NCBI GenBank assembly: GCA_038087875.1
Contig: CM075981.1
Coordinates: forward strand, 69,316,001 to 69,380,000
DNA from: Malacoraja senta
Lineage: Eukaryota
Direction of reading: 5' to 3'
Length of the DNA stretch: 64,000 nucleotides
Part shown: positions 50,418 through 64,000 of the stretch, one piece after another
Position numbering within the stretch: position 1 is the first letter of the stretch
How the letters are laid out: each line of letters begins with the position of its first letter
Made by a program: the position numbers and the translations under genes
The notes under the pieces: generated by a model
The model's input: only the letters and a program-made list of their open reading frames with translations
Database searches by the model: none
Told to the model about the DNA's origin: nothing

Positions 50418-51145
50418 GCCACGCACAAGGGCCCCCAACTCCGCCCACCACTCCCAAAACTGACCTCCACGTGGGCAAGCATGAGCTGAAGAGGGAGGGG
50501 CGCTCCATGCCGGAGAACGGCCGCCAGAACATTGACTTCAGCAACGTGGACATCAGCGAGCTGAGCAGTGAGGTCATCAACAACATAGAGACCTTCGACG
50601 TCCACGAGTTTGACCAATACCTACCACTGAATGGCCATGCTGTGCCTCTCCCCTCCGACCACAGCCACGGACCGAACATGAGCGGCTCCTACAGTGCTTC
50701 CTATCTAACCAGCAGCAGCACCGCCCAAGCCATCTGGAACCATAAGAGCATCTCGTCCTCCTCCTCCTCCTCATCGGTCTCCAGCGAACCAAGCCAGCAA
50801 AGGCTGCACATTAAGACCGAACAACTGAGCCCAACTCACTACAACGACCAACATCACGGCTCATCGCCACAAACCGATTATAGTTCCTATAGCAGCCAGG
50901 GATGCAGTCCTATCAGTGCCAGTGCTGCTGCCTTCCCTGGCTCCCAATGTGACTATTCTGATGTCCAAGGCCCCAATTACTACAACCCTTACTCTGGATA
51001 CCCTTCAACCATCTACCAGTACCCTTATTTTCATTCATCTCGCCGTCCTTATGCATCACCCCTTCTGAATAGCCTCTCCATACCTCCAGCCCACAGCCCG
51101 ACTAACTGGGACCAACCTGTCTACACAACCCTGACTAGGCCATAG
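50418..51145 (+). CDS. SOX8: SOX8 coding exon 3 (K2/TAM and C-terminal transactivation domains)
   Basis: CAG acceptor (50415-50417); GPPTPPTTPKTD, IDFSNVDISELSSEVINNIETFDVHEFDQYLP, IKTE SUMO-type motif, C-terminus WDQPVYTTLTRP-stop (SOX8-type rather than SOX9 WEQPVYTQLTRP or SOX10 WEQPVYTTLSRP). Joined CDS is 422+242+728=1392 nt, 463 aa. Head-to-head LMF1 neighbour matches SOX8 synteny. Confidence 0.96.
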
Positions 51146-52010
51146 GAAGTGGTAATTTCCCAGGATACATATTGGGAGGGAGGGAGGGATGGGGGAGGGG
51201 GGGGGGGGAATGCAGGTTTAGGAGATGCATGATCTCAAGAACCCTTGAGTCTTAATCAGTCTTCCATGGCATTATGCACTAATGAAGACTGAATGAGTGG
51301 AGCACTGTACCATTCCATTTTAAGTGCCTGCTGATCCAAATGATGCCAATTCTGACCAGTGACAACCATCAGTGACTTAGTTTTTTGTTTGAAAAAGGAA
51401 AAAACTTTGGTCTGAAGTGATTACCAGCACGAAGACGGAGAGAAATGAAAACCTCTGAGATCCTCTGTGAGGACAAACTACATTTGAATGAAATAGGTCA
51501 GACTCCGCAAATCTTTATTCTTTCCCTAGTTTGATTTATTTTCTAAGTTTATGAAAAGAGGTTATGTAAGCGTTGAGGATATCTAAATTTTTGAAACGTG
51601 TTGTTTCTGAACTGTAGTTGTTGAAGTGTGTATTTATCTTATGTATTTTTACCTTTTTTACTTGGAACAATTCAAGCAAAAAAAAATTAGTCTTTTTCTT
51701 GTGCGATCAAGAATTCATGTGATAATGGAAAGGGTGTCTTGAAGGAAAATGAATCAGTTGACTTATTTCCCATGGGTTTGGGAGGTAGTTTTTTGAATGC
51801 CATGCCAATTTTTTTTTTCTAAATCAGAGTGAAAACCGTATTTTACTAAACATATTACACGCTTTGAAATCATGTCTTTGTCACAGTTTCTGGATAAAAT
51901 GGTAAATTTTTCCAAAAGAGAAGTTTCAAAAGTTTGTTCCTTGGCAACTTGGACTATTGGGGACCATATATTTTAGCCAACAAGCTGTGAATCTTTTAAT
52001 TCTCCACCAC

Positions 52011-52400
52011 AATAAAACCGAACCCATATTAACAAATGCTGTCGATGAATAGGGTAGTCTAATACTGTCTTTTGTTCTCCAGTTTCAATTGTATGCTGAG
52101 CATATAAACTTGTTTTCCATTTAAATGCTAATTTGTGCCTTAATGTTTGCAAGAGTAAAAAGATTTATGTTAATTTTTACTTCTATTTTTGGAAAAAAAT
52201 GTTTGTTTTGAAAAAGATATTCTTGGCAAATCCTTTTTGCAAACTGTTTACTGTATAAAATTTGAGAAATCAATTGTAACTTAACCATTCTGTTTGTACT
52301 AGAGTCCTCTCTTAGAGGAATGCAGAATAATTTCTGATTAAGCAATGTTAACTTTTGTACAGATAAAATGTCAAGATTAAAAACAAAGCTTTTTACTGTA
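52011..52400 (+). terminator. Candidate SOX8 polyadenylation signals
   Basis: AATAAA at 52011-52016 and ATTAAA at 52376-52381 followed by a U/GU-rich tract, at the end of a repeat-free AU-rich 3' UTR-like region; repeats resume at ~52460. Confidence 0.45.
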
Positions 52401-54499
52401 TGTTGGGGCATCTAATTTTAAGAAAAATAATTAGTTCATGGATTAGACAATGAAATGTTAAGACACAGACATGCAGCACAGACACAGCCCCTTTGGCCCC
52501 AATATCTACACTGACCAGCAAGTACCTATCTACAAAAAGCTAAGAAGTTTACTTAGCCTGTAAGCTTATTTGCCTTGGTGATTCAAGTGCTCGTCTAACT
52601 ATGTTTTAAATAATTGCAACCACTCTCAGGGTGAAAAAAATCTTCCTCAGATCCTTTCTAATCCATTTATCCCATATTCTAAACCTATGCCCTGGAATGA
52701 GGGAATAGGACTGAACATTTAAGCTAAACATTGTTTTTTGCATTGATTAAATACACAGTTTACGATTTAAAGACAAAGGGAGTTACGTTTGATGGACCCC
52801 TGTTGGATCATTTCTACTTTGGAAAGGATCATGTCGATTGCATTGAGGTTCAGAAACATCTTCCAAAAACACAAAATTTATTAGCAATGGTTTGACATAT
52901 TTTATTCAATAACAATGTTTTTTATTTTTGAAGAGCTAGGGAAAATAATCAAGAAAACTTGTTCATCTTTGCTGTGGATAAAAAAAGACAGGGTTCTCAT
53001 CAACAAAGTACCCTTCACAACCTTCATTAACATTCCAACACTCACTAGAAAAAGAATAGGACTTTTTCTAAAGTTACTAAGTTTGAGCAAGTAAAAATCA
53101 ACCCTCTAAAAATATATATGTACACTCGGTGATTACTCAGAGATGTTTAATTGAATGGAAAGCAAACTCTGACATCTTGAGTTTTCATAATTTTTTTTGG
53201 AGGCTGAATTTTTAACATCTATGTTGGCTAAATCTCATCAGACACGCAGCTGATGTATACAATACTGGAGATTCTCACAATTGCTCATTGCGAATTACCG
53301 GCTGCTAATATTTTGCAACGAATGTCATGTTATTCGCAAAGACCTTATTGAGAACATGTTGCAGGAACTGTGTGTGATTGTCACACATGCTATCTTCGAG
53401 TATGTAATCCGAAGTAAGTTGAAAGATGCATTTTATATCATCTGTCATGATCTCAGAGTAACCCAAACATTCACAGTACGCAAGATCTTTTGGAGCAATT
53501 ACTATTTAAATGTTGGAAACACACAAGGCCAAATTTGCATCCAGAAAGATTTTACAAAGAATGATAAAACATCATGATTCTTAGTCATGTTGGCTGAATA
53601 TTAAATATTGACGAGGATACTGAGAATTCCCTGCTATGCTTTCAATTAGTACCTCGTACATTTTATGTTCATCTGACAGGGCCGAAAATGCTCGAGTTTA
53701 TTAACTGGAAAGAACCGTCATGGAAATTTGTGGATTTACATAAATATCTGCATCTAGTGAGCCAAAAAATGTAGCTTCCATCATTAATTACTACTGGCTT
53801 TATCGAACTAAACAAAAGCTCTCAATATTTATACAAATTGCCATTCAATATAACATTAGCTATTTATTCTTTTAGTCAGAAACAGTGAACCAGCAACACT
53901 GCGTATTACCAGATTTACCAATGCTTCTCAGGCCAAAATAAAATCCAATTAATTTGACTGCAAACTATTATAAATGTACAAAAGAATGCTCTTTTTTTAG
54001 CAGCGGAAGTTCATTCAGGATGTGTATTGCTAAAACCAACAATTTCATTAGATATTCATTTAAACTTTCCTCTTTTTCCAAATATTGCCCTATTTTATGT
54101 CACCAACGTTTAAAGTGGTCTTGGGAATGATAGTTATTTGTGCATTTTCAGGATTTTATCCAACTGAGAAGTGATATAACTTCTTTAATTACAACCACTG
54201 ATATAATTACATTCTTTTTCGTTAACAAACTATGGTCTTCAATCACCTTCCCCTGCCCTCTGCAATAAAAACATGATCCCACCACCACTCTCACAAATAA
54301 CCCTCTATGAAGCTTTCCTACCCTATCCAAGGCCTATTTCCCTTGCTTGTGAAAACACAGTTTTGAATGCTTGCCTTTTGTCCCATTTGCTTCCTCCAAA
54401 TCATAACATTGGCATTTTAATCCCCTAACCTTCCTATTTCTTCCCCATGGAACCCATTTTTATTCCGCCCACATAAACATCACCCCCATGGTTCATCGA

Positions 54500-54700
54500 T
54501 CTATTAGGGGCAATTTACAGTGGGCAATTAATCTACCAAACTGCACACTTATAGGAGGCAGGAGGAAACCAGAGTGCCTACAGGAGACACATGGTCACAG
54601 GGCAAAAGTGCAAATTCTACACGCTAACGGCTGACATCCGAGGTCAGGATTGAACCTGGGTCTCTGGAGCTGTGAGGCAATGACTCCTCTTGCTGCATTT
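54500..54700 (-). mobile_element. Older V-SINE copy
   Basis: Degenerate B box (GGTTCAATCC) and V-domain similarity. Confidence 0.65.
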
Positions 54701-57700
54701 TATCTGTTGGCACGTTTTAGATTTCATTCGCACACCCAGCTTTTCTGTTGCCTCTCTGTCAGCTGCCTATTAAAACCAACCATTTCCTGAATCACGGCTT
54801 TTGTCAATTTAACAGTGGAATAAAATAAACAACCTTATCTGTTTTCTGCTAGAGGTTTTGAATTCTTGCCCAAAAATCTTGTGTTGGCATAAGCCTCTCA
54901 TATATTATTGCGCAAAGTTTTGTTCCCTTGAGCCACATAAGATGTTCAGGCAGCTGACATAAATCATGGTTGAAGAGAAGAGAGAGAGGGGGGGGGTCTA
55001 GAAAGGTTTGGGGGTGGGGTTGTGAAGAGAATGCTGTGAATGGTGGACAAATGGAATTCACTGTGTAATGGAAGAGGCCAGAATTGCAAAAAGCCAAGAG
55101 ATCTCACAGGATTATAGATAGGAGAAGACCTCATGGAGAGTGAGAGGGCCAGCTTTAATGGGATTTGAAAGCCATCATTATATCTTGAAATGAATGGAGA
55201 GAACATTCTCAAACCAGCTTGGCATGCATGGGGTAGAACTTCAGTGTGGCATCCAACTGAAATGCCCGAGGTTTGTCCATCTGCAACCAATTTAATTGCG
55301 GGGACAATGTAAATGCGGTCTCCCGGACTCTCAATATATATATAAAATTTAACCACAGAGACAGAGACAATGTGCTACTTAAACGGACTTGTATAATTAG
55401 GTTTGCCAACCCTCCCAGATAGTAGGGGGGAATTAAATAAATCTCCAGGAGTCTGCAGGGAGCAACCCAGGAGATGACTTTCTGTCAGCATGAGGAGATT
55501 GTTCACAGTCATTGCACAGACTGAGCCAGCCCAGAGGATGCCAGTGTAGGGAATAAACTAGCAATGTTCACAGTGGGATCAGACGTTCCAGTCTGAAGCA
55601 AGGAGCAGAGCAGCTGTTAGGATGTGGCAATAACCTTCCTTCTAACCCGGAGTGGGCTGAAACATAGAGGAACGAGAGAGATAAATTAAGAGATAATCCC
55701 CCACCACCGGCAAGGTCTGAAATCAAGGCGTGAAGCCGGTGACACACTCAAATTAAAGGCTGTGTTGGGAACCCCCAGCTGTTTGTGACCCTCTTCCACA
55801 GAGGAGCCCTTCCCACATGGGATCCCTTCACCCTCTCTGCATGGGTCCCCCTACAACTCAGGATCCTTCTTACATGGGACTTCCATCTGCCCAGGTACTG
55901 CTCTGAACATGCTATCCTCCCATATGGCTCTTGGATGGAGATTAGTCATTAATGTGGTCTCACTCAGTGATGTGACAACGTTTGCTTCAAAGCAGTATGT
56001 CATAGGATAAAGCCTCCCATAATAGATCCAGACAGACTTGGTAACCCTCTACATAGTGCACATCACCATCTCAGTACGCCCCAAAGTGTTTAATAGTCCA
56101 TGAAGTGCCGTCATAAAGTCATAGAGTCGTTCAGCATGGAAACAAACCCTTTGACCCAACTAGTTCATGTTGATTGTGTCCATTTAAGCTAGTCCCAGTT
56201 TCCTGCATTTGATCCTTATCCATCAAAATCCTTTCCATCCATGTTCAAATGTCTTTTAAATGTTGTTATGATACCTGCCTCCACCACTTCCTCTGGCATC
56301 TTGTTCCATATACCCACTACTTTCTGTGTGAAAAGTTGCCCCTTAGGTTCCTATTATATTGTTCCCCTCTCACCTTAAACATATGTCGTCTAGTTCTTTA
56401 TTCCTCTATGCTAGGAAAATACTGTGTGCTTTCATTCTATCTCTGCCACATGATTTTATATACCTCTATACATTCAGTTGTGTTAGACTGATGAACTCTG
56501 GTTGCCAGTCTGAATCCACCAAGGTCTCACAGACAACTCCAACGAATTATTTTAGGAATATTGGGTGAGGGATAAATATTGGTCTGAAAATCATTGGCCT
56601 CTTTTAAATCAATCCATGAGATCTTTGCATCTAAGTCTTGGGGTAACTCCTTCTTTGAAAGATGATAAACCTCTGACAGTGCCACATTCCTTCATTCATG
56701 ACTGAATTACTAACACATGACATAAGATGAGAAAGGTGGATTGCTTCAATCATTATTGGTGTTAATTGCTGGAAGAAGACCAAGCAAAGTTATTTTAAGG
56801 AGCGCTATTCAATATGTGTAGTGTTTTTACTTTGATGTTTTACTTGCAAGCAATTAACTGTTTGCATTCAATGATTAAGAGGTCACCATAATAGTTGTGC
56901 CTTGCTTTATTAAGTAAGACAGCACATGTATCAGACACAGGCTGAATTGTGTTAATAAATCTAACGAATATTGAACATTGCAGAAGGAGTCAAGGTGAAA
57001 GTGTCAACGTTTGTTATATTATATTAAATGTTGTTGGAGAAAGCTTGATATGGTGGAGGATCTGTGGAATTCATTGCCACAGACAGCTGTGGAGGCCAAG
57101 TCAATGATATTTTTAAGTGGGGGATTTGCAGATTCCTGATTAGTAAGGATGTCAGCGGTTATGGGGAGAAGGCAGGAGAATGGGGTTGAGAGGGAATCGG
57201 GTTGAGAGGGGGAAAGATAAATCAGCCATGATTGAATGGCCGAGTAGACTTGATGGTCTAATTCTGCTCCTATTACTTATGACATATATATACTTTTGTT
57301 GAACGTTTTCATTCATATAACACGTATCCAAAGTGCTTCACAGTGACTGAAATTCTCTTCAAGTGAGTCCACCACTGTTAATAGCCTCCTCTTTCATCCA
57401 ATAGTGACTTGCTACGTATCATTTCCAACAGAAAACACAACAAGCTGCTATCAGTCTCAAGTATCTCTCCTTTCTTTGTTCCTTCTCAGATAGCCAGTGG
57501 CCTGAAGGCAATAATGGTCTCTTATTACACTCGTCCCATTTCATATATTCATTTTCTAATTTTCATTTACAAAGCTACAGTACCTCTCCCCTGCGACAGC
57601 TCAAAGGGTGTGTTTCTCCACACCTTTCCCAATTTCAGGAATTTTCGAAGGTCTTTTCAGCTATTGAGATACTTTTCAAGTGGTAGACATTTTTAATTAC

Positions 57701-58105
57701 ATCAGGAAGGTCACTTGTAGAAACAAGGAACTGCGGACGCTGGTTTACACAAAAGGACACAAAAAGTTGGAGTAACTCAGCGGGTCAGGTAGCATCTCTG
57801 GAGAACATGGAAGGTTTAGCATGGTGAACTTAAGACAGCACCATAAAAGGAAAGCAACTTCATTGAAATCAGCTGACTCGGGACATATTTTGCAGGAGAA
57901 TAATTTAATGATATTAAATGTTACTGGTTGAAAGCCTCAACAAAGTAAGGCACTCCATCTAGTGGTACAGCTTGGGAATTACATACAGCAGCAGCAGAAT
58001 GAATGAAAACAGCAGCAGCACCCCCACATTAATCCACATTTAGTACCTGCAGTGGTTTACAGTGCAACTGCCTCTGTTGCAGCTGCAACTTCTGGATTTG
58101 ATTAT

Positions 58106-58370
58106 TGGAATGGGATGGAATGGAATACTTTATTGTCACATGTGACAAGGCACAGTTTGCTTGCTTATCCAAAGTATACAAATAGCGGCCATCTACGCCG
58201 CTGACAAAATTACAGAGTTAGCCGGCTCCTCCTTTCTTCTCCCCCCCCCCCTCCCCCACAGTGGATCGCTGGGTCCACATTGTCCATTGTTCTTCCCCCC
58301 TCCGTCCCCATTGTCCATTGTTCTCCCCCCACCCTCACAGCGGTCCCCTCACGCCGGGTCCTCCATCTGA
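58106..58370 (-). mobile_element. Short retroelement 3' fragment with (TTCCA)n tail
   Basis: (TGGAA)n next to TTTATTGTCACA; C-rich body. Confidence 0.5.
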
Positions 58371-59329
58371 TCTGATCTGACTATTATTGCCTGTCTCCAC
58401 TGGAAGGCTGTCACTCTTCATAAAGTTGAGCTCACTCAAACTGCAGGCCCTATCCCCACCCTGATGATTTTCTTTTACGCTAAATTGTACTTCCCTCCCT
58501 GAAGCCTCCTCCGTCCCCGACACTGTTCAATGTGAGGCTCATCCCCACACATGGATCAACGACTGGCTTGAGCTCATTCTCGAAGCACATACAGAAGCAG
58601 GCGTCATCTGCACACTGCAGCTAGATTACTGACTGAAGCTGGGGAGACATAGGTTCTGGAGTGGAGCTATCTTCGATTGAACAGTTTCCCACATGTGCTG
58701 CGGATTAACTGCACTCCAATAGAAAGTGGCGAGAGAGATTGAAAAATGTGTTGAGTCAATGACACAGCCTTGCTCGACATACTCTGCAGTGAGGTTGGCT
58801 CCCTTGCATCCTAGGTGGTTAACACCACATCTTGCATCCCATCACAAAACAGACAGAACCTCCAGTTCCCTCCCCTCTACTTTCAGTCTGAAGAAGGGTC
58901 CCTACCCAAAATGTCACCCATCCTTTTTCTACAGAGAAAACCCCCTGAGTTGCTCCCAAGCTTTGTGTCTATCTCTAGAAGATGAAGATAATCTGCTGAA
59001 ACCAGTCAAACTTGAGGAGGGTACTATACAGGATATTCTTCTTTGAGTAGATACTTTGACATCATGTTTAGTGATTGATGCTGCTCCTTGCACTTCTCTT
59101 GGGGTTATTGATTAGTGAATATGATGTCCAATGTGCGCTTAGATGGACAGAATCCACCCTGTGTTTCAGGAAACCGCTAATGAGATGAGAAAGCAAGAGA
59201 AACATTGGATGCAACATATGGGCAGTAAAGCATTTGCAACCACATTTGGCTGGAAGTGTTGAATTGATGATCCATCTCACTTCCTCCTCAGATCTCCATC
59301 ACCACAGAAGTTGGACACCAGACAATTAA

Positions 59330-60450
59330 AGTTATTTCCATGTGATATCAAGAAATGGGTCAGATCACAGGCTGCAAAGGATGCGGGACCAGACCACATC
59401 CCGTTTATAGCTCTGAGGACCTGCACTCTAGAATGAGCTCTTTCTTGGGTGCTCTGGTACCGTAACAACACTGGCATCTTCCTGAAAAAGAAGGATGTTG
59501 CCCAGATATGCCTGTTCACAAAAACAGGATAATCCATTCTAACCAACTACCACCGAGTCTATCATCTATTGTTAGCAAAGTAATAGAAGGTATGAGTGAC
59601 AGTGTTTTAAAGTGCATAACTGATAGTTTATTGTTTATTGTCTTTTTTGGGTTATGTTGTTGTGTTAATGTGCTTCTAGAGTTGCAGCAAGTATGAATTT
59701 AACAGTGCATTCCTGCTGTATATGACAATCAATCACTATTGACTCTTGACTTGACCCTTGAAAGTGGCACTTGACTTTAGACTTTAAAGATACAGCGTGG
59801 AAACAGGCCCTTCGGCCCACCGAGGCCGTGCCGACCAGCAATCGCCCCGTACACTAGCTCTATCCTACACACTAGAGCCAATTTACAATTTACCAAAGCT
59901 AATTAACCTACAAACTTGTACGTCTCTGGAATTTGGCACCTGAAAAAACCCCACATGGTCACAGGGAGAATGTACAAACTCCAGACGGACAGCACCCATA
60001 GTCATGATCGAACCAAGGTCCCTGGCGCTGTAAGGCAGTAACTCTACCGTTGCGCCACTCTGCCGCCCAATTCATTATTAATAGCTTGCTCACAGAAGGC
60101 TGGGTTGGATTTCACTGAGAATACTTGGATTTGGATATCATCGGTACAGTTTTGGTCCAAATATGGATCAAAATATTGGACTACAGAGGTGAGGTGTGAA
60201 TGACTGCCCTTGACATCAAGGCAGTGTTTGACCAAATGTACCGATATGGATCCCTGGTAAAACTAGTCAATGGACATCAAATAATCAAAACACTCCAGGA
60301 GCTGCAGACATACCTTACACAAAGTAAGTTGTTTGCATTTTTTGAAGGTCAATCATCCTAGCGCCAGAATATCACTGAAGCAATTGATTTGACTCAACAG
60401 CTTCAGCTGCTTCTTCAATTACTTTTCATCGGTAACAATTCTACTTGTAA
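59330..60450 (+). mobile_element. Old LINE RT fragment split by a Rex-like tail and a V-SINE
   Basis: AGPDHIP..LRTC and CPVHK-like remnants, and a LDIKAVFD-like motif near 60205-60235. Confidence 0.55.
59773..60068 (-). mobile_element. tRNA-derived V-SINE (HE1-like)
   Basis: Homologous to 7291-7610; B box GGTTCGATCA; (CTAAAGT)n tail. Confidence 0.85.
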
Positions 60451-61409
60451 CTCCCCAACCAATGCAGCATCTCATGCTTGTCTGTGGTAAGTCAAAGACA
60501 ACACAGATAGAAGTGCCAGGAAACAATCATGTCACAAAATTGTCCAGCAAGATCATTTCTAACATGAAAAAAATGTAACTACCTATTCTTGATTTCTAAT
60601 GGCATTTTCATTGCCCTGGCCCCACTCCATTCTCTCTTCCTCCCCCTTTACTACGATATATTGTCCAGAAATGATTAAAAATGTATATACAACACAAAGC
60701 TCAGAAACAGACAATTCAGAAAATTGTTGACTCACACGAGCTTCCTCCCACCTCTTAACCTCCTAGATATTCGGCTTTTTCCTTTCTCCCCAATGTTTTT
60801 TTTAGTTTTCCTTCAATGCATCAATTGAAATAGACTCAACAACTCTTATTAGTTATAAGTTCCAATTTCTATCCTCTCTGGGTAAAGAATATTTTCCCTG
60901 ATCTAACAACTGAATTAATGAATGGCCATCTGGATTTCACGCAAATGGAAACATAATTTCTACAATGTAACATTTGCGAAAACTCCCCCAACTCTTTTGT
61001 ATTCATTTAGTCATCCATCAGCTACCCTCAATCTCTGTCTTTTCCAAAACCGGTCTAAGGCTGATGAGGGTCAGCACCCTTCCAGACTGAACAAAGGTCG
61101 CAACCCGAAACGTCATCTATCCATGTTGTCCAGAGATGCTGCCTGACCCGCTGAGTTACTCCAGCACTTTGTGACTTTTTCCCAAAGGCTGATGACAACT
61201 GTACTGCACAACATCCTTCAGACCTGAGCCACAGCACAGTCTCAAGTGTGTTCTTTGCTGAGCCTCAAATGCAAAAAAAGGTCACCTTTTAGAGAGAGCC
61301 AACTGCCCTGTGGCTGCATGCCAATGTCCAAAGCAAAGTTTAAGATACAATAGCAGGGTTGTTTGATCATTGTGATCTAAAATGTTGATATATAATGCTA
61401 CGTTCTTCA

Positions 61410-61800
61410 AACCCCATATTTTGCTTGAGCAGCTTACAACCCAACAGTATGACTATTGATTTATCTAACTTCAAGCAATCCTTGCATCCTCTCTACTCCA
61501 TCCCTCCCCCATCCCTCCCCCACCCAAGTCACACTAGCTTCAAAGTTGTCTTGTCGAGTCTCATTGTCTGTAACTCGTTTTTACCTAGCCAACAGCTAAC
61601 AATGGCCTGTTTCCTTTATCATCGTTACTTGTTTGCATATCTTTCATTCATATGTTCCAAATCTCTCTATATCTCTCATTTCCCTTTCTACTGACTCTCA
61701 GTCTGAAGAAGGGTCTCGACCCGAAACGTCACCAATTCCTTTTCTCCAGAGATGATGTCTGACCCGCTGAGTTACTCCAGCTTTTTGGGTCTACCTTCAG
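61410..61800 (+). mobile_element. Penelope-like element 3' end/pLTR with intact hammerhead core at 61703-61730
   Basis: IFCLSSLQPNSMTIDLSNFK resembles the PLE GIY-YIG C-terminal L..LxPxGxN motif; followed by CTGAAGAAGGGTCTCGACCCGAAACGTC. Homologous minus-strand copy at ~9179-9515. Confidence 0.8.
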
Positions 61801-64000
61801 AATATGTAATTGGATAACAATATATCTTGAAATCAAATGGAATAAAGCCCATTTCCAGGTCTTTTCACGTCCGTTCTGAAAATCAAAGGGCAATTTCTGG
61901 GATGGTCCACTCTCATATTCCCCAAATGACTCTGAGATGTCAGTTCTCCTGCACCACCATTCTCATTGGTATGGGTGAAGTTCAGTACATTACTCAAATT
62001 ACTCCAGTCAGTAGTCACTCTCAGTCCTGCGCATTTCCAGAGCACTGATAACTCTATAGCTGTGCGGACGTTCCGATCCGCAATCTCTGCGGTCTGTAGG
62101 CGTTGCTGGAAGCCTTTGGAACTGGAGAACAGGCATTGACAAGGCAGCAGTAATGATGGAAATGTGAGCCTTCAGCGGTTTTTGAGGCCTGTACCAGCAT
62201 AAGTTGCACTAGTGAATCACACCCTTGTTTTGGAGCAAATAAATCTCTAGGCCAGTGTTTTTAAGCATGAACCCATCCAAAATCTTTTTTCCCATATCCC
62301 AACCAAATTCCACTCTTCCATCACCTCTTTCTCTCTCACTAGACTACGCAGGCTCTTTATGGTAAGAAATCCTTTATATGTGATGTGCAATTTCACTTTT
62401 AAAAGTTGCCTTGCAAAGGTTGCAAACTACATGAGGAATCGAATGGGAGCATTAGTCATGAAATTGCTGATAAAATGATGGGACATCCTGCTCCTTTTGG
62501 ATATTTAATAATGGGAAAATGATAAACAAAAATGCATATTCATACTTTTCATGCTAACAGTGTTTTCCCTTTTTGGTTCCAGCTGTTCTTTTGTAGCCGA
62601 AACCCAGGGTGTTTGAGAAAAGCAAAACAAAGGTATATCCCAGGAAATGGCACCATTTGCTCTGCTGGAGTAAGCCAGATTTTAAATCCTGTTCTGCACA
62701 GGGCTAAACGGACAGTGTTGTTTTGGTAAGAAACCAAGGGCACACTAAAAAGGAATGTGCTGAATTTTAATGATTAGTTATTGTGAGCAAACAGCTCTTT
62801 GTCTTTTGTTTAATCCAGAACACAATGAAAGAATTAATTGAACAGAAAATGACAGGGCATATAACTGACAAGTCATTAATGCCTTCTGTATAGCTGATTG
62901 GATGCACATGTGGGCAGAATTTCAATTGCATTCTCTCCCCTCCTGTCCCCAGTACGGACTGTGGGTTGTGAAGGAAGGTGGACCAGAACATTACAAAACT
63001 ACCACATGCATCTACATGCTACCATTGTGTTATTTCTTACTTTTAATCCATGGCCTTCTAACATTAATTAAACAGAAAAAATGAGGTTCTTTATCATTTG
63101 GACCACATTTCTTTTGCTGGAATTGTCAGTGGCCGGTTTTCTGAATCTTGTGAAGAAATCACAAGATGTTTAGCTTTGCAGTTTCATCTTCTCCTTCAGT
63201 TCGGAGATGGTGAAAGAGCTTAAATCATAACTGCTGTGAATTATTTTGAATGCAAGTACAGTATATGTGGGTGGTATGGGAGGAGTTCCGAAAGGAGGGA
63301 TGTTAATCCACTATTCGGGGTTGGATTGAAACCAAGTCCACTGGGGTGAAAGGACACAGTTGTGACATTTGTGCCACCCAGCTCTGCAAGCTAAGTTAGA
63401 GCAATGACTTCATATCTCAATCTGCAGTTAATGAATCATTTCATACCCTCATTAATTGGAAAGTATTAATTCAGTTTAAATAAGGGCGTAGACATAAAGG
63501 GGTGTGTTAAATTCATAATGTACAAGGATCTCTCATCAGCCTTGTGCAAAGCTCTTTGCAGAAATCTCCCACTGTGCACAAAAGACCTAAGACCTTTTGA
63601 AATTGAACTCGCCTCATATACCAAAAGCAAGGGGAAGAATTCAGGTAGGCTGTGGATCATAGGGTCAAGGTTGACTTGCGACTCGTAATGAGGAGAGAAC
63701 TTGAGAGGTGCTGACGTTGGATACGGTATTGGGCTCAGACTGAGGAAGAGGAGAGCTCTAAGGGGTACGGGGGAGCTGAGATGCCAACAGATTGGGGATG
63801 AATATTGAGTTATGTTGGGGTAGTGTGAGAGGGACAGCAGGAAAAATAGGTCTTTGCTAGAAGATGGGTCTTGGACGCTACGGCAGTGGACCAGGTATGA
63901 GTGGTCCTTTGATTAATGCTGAAACAAATCATACCTCCTCTAATTGATGGCCTTGACTTTATACATGTGTTTCACACCAAAACAAGCAGTTAAGCCATTT

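Noticed and set aside
61061-61086. CTGATGA-GGGT-CAGC-ACCC as an extra hammerhead
   Set aside because: No GAAA follows the stem; likely a remnant of the inverted arm.
1-64000. CRISPR arrays, rRNA or tRNA genes, prokaryotic systems
   Set aside because: None seen; the sequence is intron-containing vertebrate DNA and the tRNA-like motifs belong to SINE heads.

Overview
Vertebrate genomic DNA, very likely a cartilaginous fish (skate/ray-type repeat families: HE1/V-SINE-like SINEs, CR1/HER1-like LINE tails, Rex1/Babar fragments, abundant Penelope-like termini). Two genes lie head-to-head about 16 kb apart: LMF1 on the minus strand (exon 1 at ~30.7-30.9 kb, 310-bp exon 2 at 13397-13706, remainder outside the window) and a complete three-exon SOX8 on the plus strand (46957-51145, 463 aa). 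There is one 295-bp N gap. The most notable unannotated content is two kinds of self-cleaving ribozyme motif carried by mobile DNA. (1) A ~145-bp, TSD-flanked, (GAA)n-tailed non-autonomous retroelement in two copies, whose first 54 nt fold into a complete minimal HDV-like ribozyme starting exactly at the element's 5' boundary; one copy is sense to the LMF1 pre-mRNA. (2) About 20 Penelope-derived terminal fragments carrying a minimal hammerhead core (CUGAAGA..GAAAC-GUH), 7 of them intact, several as TSD-flanked palindromes, one sense in SOX8 intron 1. LMF1 exon 1 shows a 1-nt frame discrepancy. All structures were folded by eye, catalytic activity is untested, and repeat boundaries are approximate unless a TSD is given.
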